Assembly: GCA_964057225.1 (NCBI GenBank)
Contig: OZ059900.1
Coordinates: 248,001 to 312,000, forward strand
Direction of reading: 5' to 3'
DNA from: Auanema rhodensis
Lineage: Eukaryota > Animalia > Nematoda
Length of the DNA: 64,000 nucleotides
Shown: positions 56,101 through 64,000 of the stretch, piece by piece
Position numbering within the stretch: position 1 is the stretch's first letter
Layout: each line of letters begins with the position of its first letter
Notes under the pieces: model-generated
The model's input: the letters and a program-made list of their open reading frames with translations, nothing else
Database searches by the model: none
Told to the model about the DNA's origin: nothing
Made by a program: the position numbers and the translations under genes

Positions 56101-59100
56101 GCATTACTACACTAAGTGTGGTCGTTTTTATACCTTTAACACCATATACTCACCGATTTTTGGTACAAAATCTGTAATACTCGTAAATTTTGATCATATT
56201 CGTTAAGTTTTGAAAATCAAACACACAATAAACAAAATCAGTCTATTTTTATGAGTTTGCACTGATATATATTCATTTTGATCAAAAAAGGTCGAAAATA
56301 GAAAGAATTTTTGAATTTTCCGAGTTTTGAGTCCAATTGGGCTAAATCGCTCATATATATGATCAAAAGCATAGTTTTATTGTCTATGATAACAAAAGTC
56401 TTCAAATATACACTAATAATGTGTAAATCACTGAATTTCACTCAAATAGCTTTACTACACTAAGTATGGTCGTTTTTATGCCTTTAACACCATATACTCA
56501 CCGATTTTTGGTACAAAATCTGTAATACTCGTAAATTTTGATCATATTTGTTAAGATTTGAGAATCAAACATACAATACACGAAATCAGTCTATTTTTAT
56601 GAGTTTGCACTGATATATATTCATTTTGATCAAAAAAGGTCGAAAATAGAAAGAATTTTTGAATTTTCCGAGTTTTGAGTCCAATTGGGCTAAATCGCTC
56701 ATATATATGATCAAAAGCATAGTTTTATTGTCTATGACAACAAAAGTCATTAATTAAACACTAATGATGTTTAAATCACTAAATTTCGCTCAAATAGCAT
56801 TACTACACTAAGTATGGTCGTTTTTATGCCTTTAACACCATATACTCACCGATTTTTGGTACAAAATCTGTAATACTCGTAAATTTTGATCATATTCGTT
56901 AAGATTTGAGAATCAAACACACAATACACAAAATCAGTCTATTTTTATGAGCTTGCACTGATATATATTCATTTTGATCAAAAAAGGTCGAAAATAGAAA
57001 GAATTTTTGAAATTTCCGAGTTTTGAGTCCAATTTGGCTGAATCGCTCATATATATGATCAAAAGCATAGTTTTATTGTCTATAACAACAAAAGTCATCA
57101 ATTAAACGCTAGTGATGTTTTAATACTGAATTTCGCTCAAATAGCATTACTACACTAAGTATGGTCGTTTTTATACCTTTAACACCATATACTCACCGAT
57201 TTTTGGTACAAAATCTGTAATACTCGTAAATTTTGATCATATTCGTTAAGTTTTGAAAATCAAACACACAATAAACAAAATCAGTCTATTTTTATGAGTT
57301 TGCACTGATATATATTCATTTTGATCAAAAAAGGTCGAAAATAGAAAGAATTTTTGAATTTTCCGAGTTTTGAGTCCAATTGGGCTAAATCGCTCATATA
57401 TATGATCAAAAGCATAGTTTTATTGTCTATGATAACAAAAGTCTTCAAATATACACTAATAATGTGTAAATCACTGAATTTCACTCAAATAGCTTTACTA
57501 CACTAAGTATGGTCGTTTTTATGCCTTTAACACCATATACTCACCGATTTTTGGTACAAAATCTGTAATACTCGTAAATTTTGATCATATTTGTTAAGAT
57601 TTGAGAATCAAACATACAATACACGAAATCAGTCTATTTTTATGAGCTTGCACTGATATATATTCATTTTGATCAAAAAAGGTCGAAAATAGAAAGAATT
57701 TTTGAAATTTCCGAGTTTTGAGTCTAATTTGGCTAAATCGCTCATATATATGATCAGAAGCATAGTTTTATTGTCTATGACAACAAAAGTCATCAATTAA
57801 ACGCTAGTGATGTTTAAATACTGATTTTCGCTCAAATAGCATTACTACACTAAGTATGGTCGTTTTTATGCCTTTAACACCAGATACTCACCGATTTTTG
57901 GTACAAAATCTGTAATACTCGTAAATTTTGATCATATTCGTTAAGATTTGAAAATCAAACACACAATAAACAAAATCAGTCTATTTTTATGAGTTTTCAC
58001 TGATATATATTCATTTTGATCAAAAAAGGTCGAAAATAGAAAGAATTTTTGAATTTTCCGAGTTTTGAGTCCAATTGGGCTAAATCGCTCATATATATGA
58101 TCAAAAGCATAGTTTTATTGTCTATAACAACAAAAGTCATCAATTAAACGCTAGTGATGTTTTAATACTGAATTTCGCTCAAATAGCATTACTACACTAA
58201 GTATGGTCGTTTTTATACCTTTAACACCATATACTCACCGATTTTTGGTACAAAATCTGTAATACTCGTAAATTTTGATCATATTCGTTAAGTTTTGAAA
58301 ATCAAACACACAATAAACAAAATCAGTCTATTTTTATGAGTTTGCACTGATATATATTCATTTTGATCAAAAAAGGTCGAAAATAGAAAGAATTTTTGAA
58401 TTTTCCGAGTTTTGAGTCCAATTGGGCTAAATCGCTCATATATATGATCAAAAGCATAGTTTTATTGTCTATGATAACAAAAGTCTTCAAATATACACTA
58501 ATAATGTGTAAATCACTGAATTTCACTCAAATAGCTTTACTACACTAAGTATGGTCGTTTTTATGCCTTTAACACCATATACTCACCGATTTTTGGTACA
58601 AAATCTGTAATACTCGTAAATTTTGATCATATTCGTTAAGATTTGAGAATCAAACACACAATACACAAAATCAGTCTATTTTTATGAGCTTGCACTGATA
58701 TATATTCATTTTGATCAAAAAAGGTCGAAAATAGAAAGAATTTTTGAAATTTCCGAGTTTTGAGTCCAATTTGGCTAAATCGCTCATATATATGATCAAA
58801 AGCATAGTTTCATTGTCTATAACAACAAAAGTCATCAATTAAACGCTAGTGATGTTTAAATACTGATTTTCGCTCAAATAGCATTACTACACTAAGTATG
58901 GTCGTTTTTATGCCTTTAACACCATATACTCACCGATTTTTGGTACAAAATCTGTAATACTCGTAAATTTTGATCATATTCGTTAAGATTTGAGAATCAA
59001 ACACACAATACACAAAATCAGTCTATTTTTATGAGCTTGCACTGATATATATTCATTTTGATCAAAAAAGGTCGAAAATAGAAAGAATTTTTGAAATTTC

Positions 59101-62100
59101 CGAGTTTTGAGTCCAATTTGGCTAAATCGCTCATATATATGATCAAAAGCATAGTTTTATTGTCTATAACAACAAAAGTCATCAATTAAACGCTAGTGAT
59201 GTTTAAATACTGAATTTCGCTCAAATAGCATTACTACACTAAGTATGGTCGTTTTTATGCCTTTAACACCATATACTCACCGATTTTTGGTACAAAATCT
59301 GTAATACTCGTAAATTTTGATCATATTTGTTAAGATTTGAGAATCAAACATACAATACACGAAATCAGTCTATTTTTATGAGCTTGCACTGATATATATT
59401 CATTTTGATCAAAAAAGGTCGAAAATAGAAAGAATTTTTGAAATTTCCGAGTTTTGAGTCTAATTTGGCTAAATCGCTCATATATATGATCAGAAGCATA
59501 GTTTTATTGTCTATGACAACAAAAGTCATCAATTAAACGCTAGTGATGTTTAAATACTGATTTTCGCTCAAATAGCATTACTACACTAAGTATGGTCGTT
59601 TTTATGCCTTTAACACCAGATACTCACCGATTTTTGGTACAAAATCTGTAATACTCGTAAATTTTGATCATATTCGTTAAGATTTGAAAATCAAACACAC
59701 AATAAACAAAATCAGTCTATTTTTATGAGTTTGCACTGATATATATTCATTTTGATCAAAAAAGGTCGAAAATAGAAAGAATTTTTGAATTTTCCGAGTT
59801 TTGAGTCCAATTGGGCTAAATCGCTCATATATATGATCAAAAGCATAGTTTTATTGTCTATGACAACAAAAGTCATTAATTAAACACTAATGATGTTTAA
59901 ATCACTAAATTTCGCTCAAATAGCATTACTACACTAAGTATGGTCGTTTTTATGCCTTTAACACCATATACTCACCGATTTTTGGTACAAAATCTGTAAT
60001 ACTCGTAAATTTTGATCATATTCGTTAAGATTTGAGAATCAAACACACAATACACAAAATCAGTCTATTTTTATGAGCTTGCACTGATATATATTCATTT
60101 TGATCAAAAAAGGTCGAAAATAGAAAGAATTTTTGAAATTTCCGAGTTTTGAGTCCAATTTGGCTGAATCGCTCATATATATGATCAAAAGCATAGTTTT
60201 ATTGTCTATAACAACAAAAGTCATCAATTAAACGCTAGTGATGTTTTAATACTGAATTTCGCTCAAATAGCATTACTACACTAAGTATGGTCGTTTTTAT
60301 ACCTTTAACACCATATACTCACCGATTTTTGGTACAAAATCTGTAATACTCGTAAATTTTGATCATATTCGTTAAGTTTTGAAAATCAAACACACAATAA
60401 ACAAAATCAGTCTATTTTTATGAGTTTGCACTGATATATATTCATTTTGATCAAAAAAGGTCGAAAATAGAAAGAATTTTTGAATTTTCCGAGTTTTGAG
60501 TCCAATTGGGCTAAATCGCTCATATATATGATCAAAAGCATAGTTTTATTGTCTATGATAACAAAAGTCTTCAAATATACACTAATAATGTGTAAATCAC
60601 TGAATTTCACTCAAATAGCTTTACTACACTAAGTATGGTCGTTTTTATGCCTTTAACACCATATACTCACCGATTTTTGGTACAAAATCTGTAATACTCG
60701 TAAATTTTGATCATATTTGTTAAGATTTGAGAATCAAACATACAATACACGAAATCAGTCTATTTTTATGAGTTTGCACTGATATATATTCATTTTGATC
60801 AAAAAAGGTCGAAAATAGAAAGAATTTTTGAATTTTCCGAGTTTTGAGTCCAATTGGGCTAAATCGCTCATATATATGATCAAAAGCATAGTTTTATTGT
60901 CTATGACAACAAAAGTCATTAATTAAACACTAATGATGTTTAAATCACTAAATTTCGCTCAAATAGCATTACTACACTAAGTATGGTCGTTTTTATGCCT
61001 TTAACACCATATACTCACCGATTTTTGGTACAAAATCTGTAATACTCGTAAATTTTGATCATATTCGTTAAGATTTGAGAATCAAACACACAATACACAA
61101 AATCAGTCTATTTTTATGAGCTTGCACTGATATATATTCATTTTGATCAAAAAAGGTCGAAAATAGAAAGAATTTTTGAAATTTCCGAGTTTTGAGTCCA
61201 ATTTGGCTGAATCGCTCATATATATGATCAAAAGCATAGTTTTATTGTCTATAACAACAAAAGTCATCAATTAAACGCTAGTGATGTTTTAATACTGAAT
61301 TTCGCTCAAATAGCATTACTACACTAAGTATGGTCGTTTTTATACCTTTAACACCATATACTCACCGATTTTTGGTACAAAATCTGTAATACTCGTAAAT
61401 TTTGATCATATTCGTTAAGTTTTGAAAATCAAACACACAATAAACAAAATCAGTCTATTTTTATGAGTTTGCACTGATATATATTCATTTTGATCAAAAA
61501 AGGTCGAAAATAGAAAGAATTTTTGAATTTTCCGAGTTTTGAGTCCAATTGGGCTAAATCGCTCATATATATGATCAAAAGCATAGTTTTATTGTCTATG
61601 ATAACAAAAGTCTTCAAATATACACTAATAATGTGTAAATCACTGAATTTCACTCAAATAGCTTTACTACACTAAGTATGGTCGTTTTTATGCCTTTAAC
61701 ACCATATACTCACCGATTTTTGGTACAAAATCTGTAATACTCGTAAATTTTGATCATATTTGTTAAGATTTGAGAATCAAACATACAATACACGAAATCA
61801 GTCTATTTTTATGAGCTTGCACTGATATATATTCATTTTGATCAAAAAAGGTCGAAAATAGAAAGAATTTTTGAAATTTCCGAGTTTTGAGTCTAATTTG
61901 GCTAAATCGCTCATATATATGATCAGAAGCATAGTTTTATTGTCTATGACAACAAAAGTCATCAATTAAACGCTAGTGATGTTTAAATACTGATTTTCGC
62001 TCAAATAGCATTACTACACTAAGTATGGTCGTTTTTATGCCTTTAACACCAGATACTCACCGATTTTTGGTACAAAATCTGTAATACTCGTAAATTTTGA

Positions 62101-64000
62101 TCATATTCGTTAAGATTTGAAAATCAAACACACAATAAACAAAATCAGTCTATTTTTATGAGTTTTCACTGATATATATTCATTTTGATCAAAAAAGGTC
62201 GAAAATAGAAAGAATTTTTGAATTTTCCGAGTTTTGAGTCCAATTGGGCTAAATCGCTCATATATATGATCAAAAGCATAGTTTTATTGTCTATAACAAC
62301 AAAAGTCATCAATTAAACGCTAGTGATGTTTTAATACTGAATTTCGCTCAAATAGCATTACTACACTAAGTATGGTCGTTTTTATACCTTTAACACCATA
62401 TACTCACCGATTTTTGGTACAAAATCTGTAATACTCGTAAATTTTGATCATATTCGTTAAGTTTTGAAAATCAAACACACAATAAACAAAATCAGTCTAT
62501 TTTTATGAGTTTGCACTGATATATATTCATTTTGATCAAAAAAGGTCGAAAATAGAAAGAATTTTTGAATTTTCCGAGTTTTGAGTCCAATTGGGCTAAA
62601 TCGCTCATATATATGATCAAAAGCATAGTTTTATTGTCTATGATAACAAAAGTCTTCAAATATACACTAATAATGTGTAAATCACTGAATTTCACTCAAA
62701 TAGCTTTACTACACTAAGTATGGTCGTTTTTATGCCTTTAACACCATATACTCACCGATTTTTGGTACAAAATCTGTAATACTCGTAAATTTTGATCATA
62801 TTCGTTAAGATTTGAGAATCAAACACACAATACACAAAATCAGTCTATTTTTATGAGCTTGCACTGATATATATTCATTTTGATCAAAAAAGGTCGAAAA
62901 TAGAAAGAATTTTTGAAATTTCCGAGTTTTGAGTCCAATTTGGCTAAATCGCTCATATATATGATCAAAAGCATAGTTTCATTGTCTATAACAACAAAAG
63001 TCATCAATTAAACGCTAGTGATGTTTTAATACTGAATTTCGCTCAAATAGCATTACTACACTAAGTATGGTCGTTTTTATGCCTTTAACACCATATACTC
63101 ACCGATTTTTGGTACAAAATCTGTAATACTTGTAAATTTTGATCATATTTGTTAAGATTTGAGAATCAAACACACAATACACAAAATCAGTCTATTTTAA
63201 TGAGTTTGCACTGATATATATTCATTTTGATCAAAAAAGGTCGAAAATAGAAAGAATTTTTGAAATTTCCGAGTTTTGAGTCTAATTTGGCTAAATCGCT
63301 CATATATATGATCAGAAGCATAGTTTTGTTGTCTATGACAACAAAAGTCATCAATTAAACGCTAGTGATGTTTAAATACTGATTTTCGCTCAAATAGCAT
63401 TACTACACTAAGTATGGTCGTTTTTATGCCTTTAACACCATATACTCACCGATTTTTGGTACAAAATCTGTAATACTCGTAAATTTTGATCATATTCGTT
63501 AAGATTTGAGAATCAAACACACAATACACAAAATCAGTCTATTTTTATGAGCTTGCACTGATATATATTCATTTTGATCAAAAAAGGTCGAAAATAGAAA
63601 GAATTTTTGAAATTTCCGAGTTTTGAGTCCAATTTGGCTAAATCGCTCATATATATGATCAAAAGCATAGTTTTATTGTCTATAACAACAAAAGTCATCA
63701 ATTAAACGCTAGTGATGTTTAAATACTGATTTTCGCTCAAATAGCATTACTACACTAAGTATGGTCGTTTTTATGCCTTTAACACCATATACTCACCGAT
63801 TTTTGGTACAAAATCTGTAATACTCGTAAATTTTGATCATATTCGTTAAGATTTGAGAATCAAACACACAATACACAAAATCAGTCTATTTTTATGAGCT
63901 TGCACTGATATATATTCATTTTGATCAAAAAAGGTCGAAAATAGAAAGAATTTTTGAAATTTCCGAGTTTTGAGTCCAATTTGGCTAAATCGCTCATATA
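50105..64000 (-). repeat. Same 347-bp satellite in inverted orientation (~40 copies)
   Basis: From 50105 the sequence is the reverse complement of the monomer (CATATATATGATCAAAAGCATAGTTTTATTGTCTATAACAAC is the reverse complement of GTTGTTATAGACAATAAAACTATGCTTTTGATCATATATATG). The same pseudo-ORF now appears on the minus strand. Confidence 0.99.
54653..63026 (-). repeat. Tandem 12-mer higher-order repeat (4169 bp) x2, with internal ~1042-bp trimer periodicity
   Basis: Minus-strand ORFs at 56238/57281/58323 recur at 60407/61450/62492 (offset 4169; internal spacing 1042-1043). One difference was seen: G56118 versus A60287. Confidence 0.92.

Noticed and set aside
56238-62695. Six minus-strand 67 aa ORFs (MKFSDLHIISV...)
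   Set aside because: The same pseudo-frame in the inverted arm, extended by a GCG to GTG change and the +1 indel in the divergent monomer. They are useful only as HOR markers.
1-64000. CRISPR array or variable-cassette (diversity-generating) system
   Set aside because: There are no unique spacers: the entire 347 bp repeats with only SNP-level variation. No cas, reverse transcriptase or recombinase gene is present.

Overview
The whole 64 kb window is one AT-rich (about 30% GC; 103 G+C in the first monomer) tandem satellite array with a 347-bp monomer and rare 346, 348 and 351-bp variants, about 184 copies in total. I find no real genes, RNA genes, transposons or CRISPR spacers. All listed ORFs are the same monomer segment, and they pass the length cut-off only when a SNP removes a stop codon or adds an upstream start. 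About 144 monomers run head-to-tail on + (1-50106). The array then flips at a single clean junction (50105-50106, 2-bp CA microhomology, no filler DNA) and about 40 monomers run in the opposite orientation to the window end. Diagnostic SNPs show nested, variable-period higher-order repeats (2-, 3-, 5-, 6-, 7-, 10-, 12-, 13- and 30-mer offsets) and local monomer subfamilies. Several rare variants occur on both sides of the inversion in roughly mirrored order. The monomer has degenerate internal sub-repeats, several short dyads (both inversion breakpoints abut one) and CpG/TpG/CpA polymorphisms suggesting methylation. It looks like eukaryotic (peri)centromeric or heterochromatic satellite DNA. 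I cannot name the family or organism, and I see no protein-coding system; any novelty lies in the array architecture.
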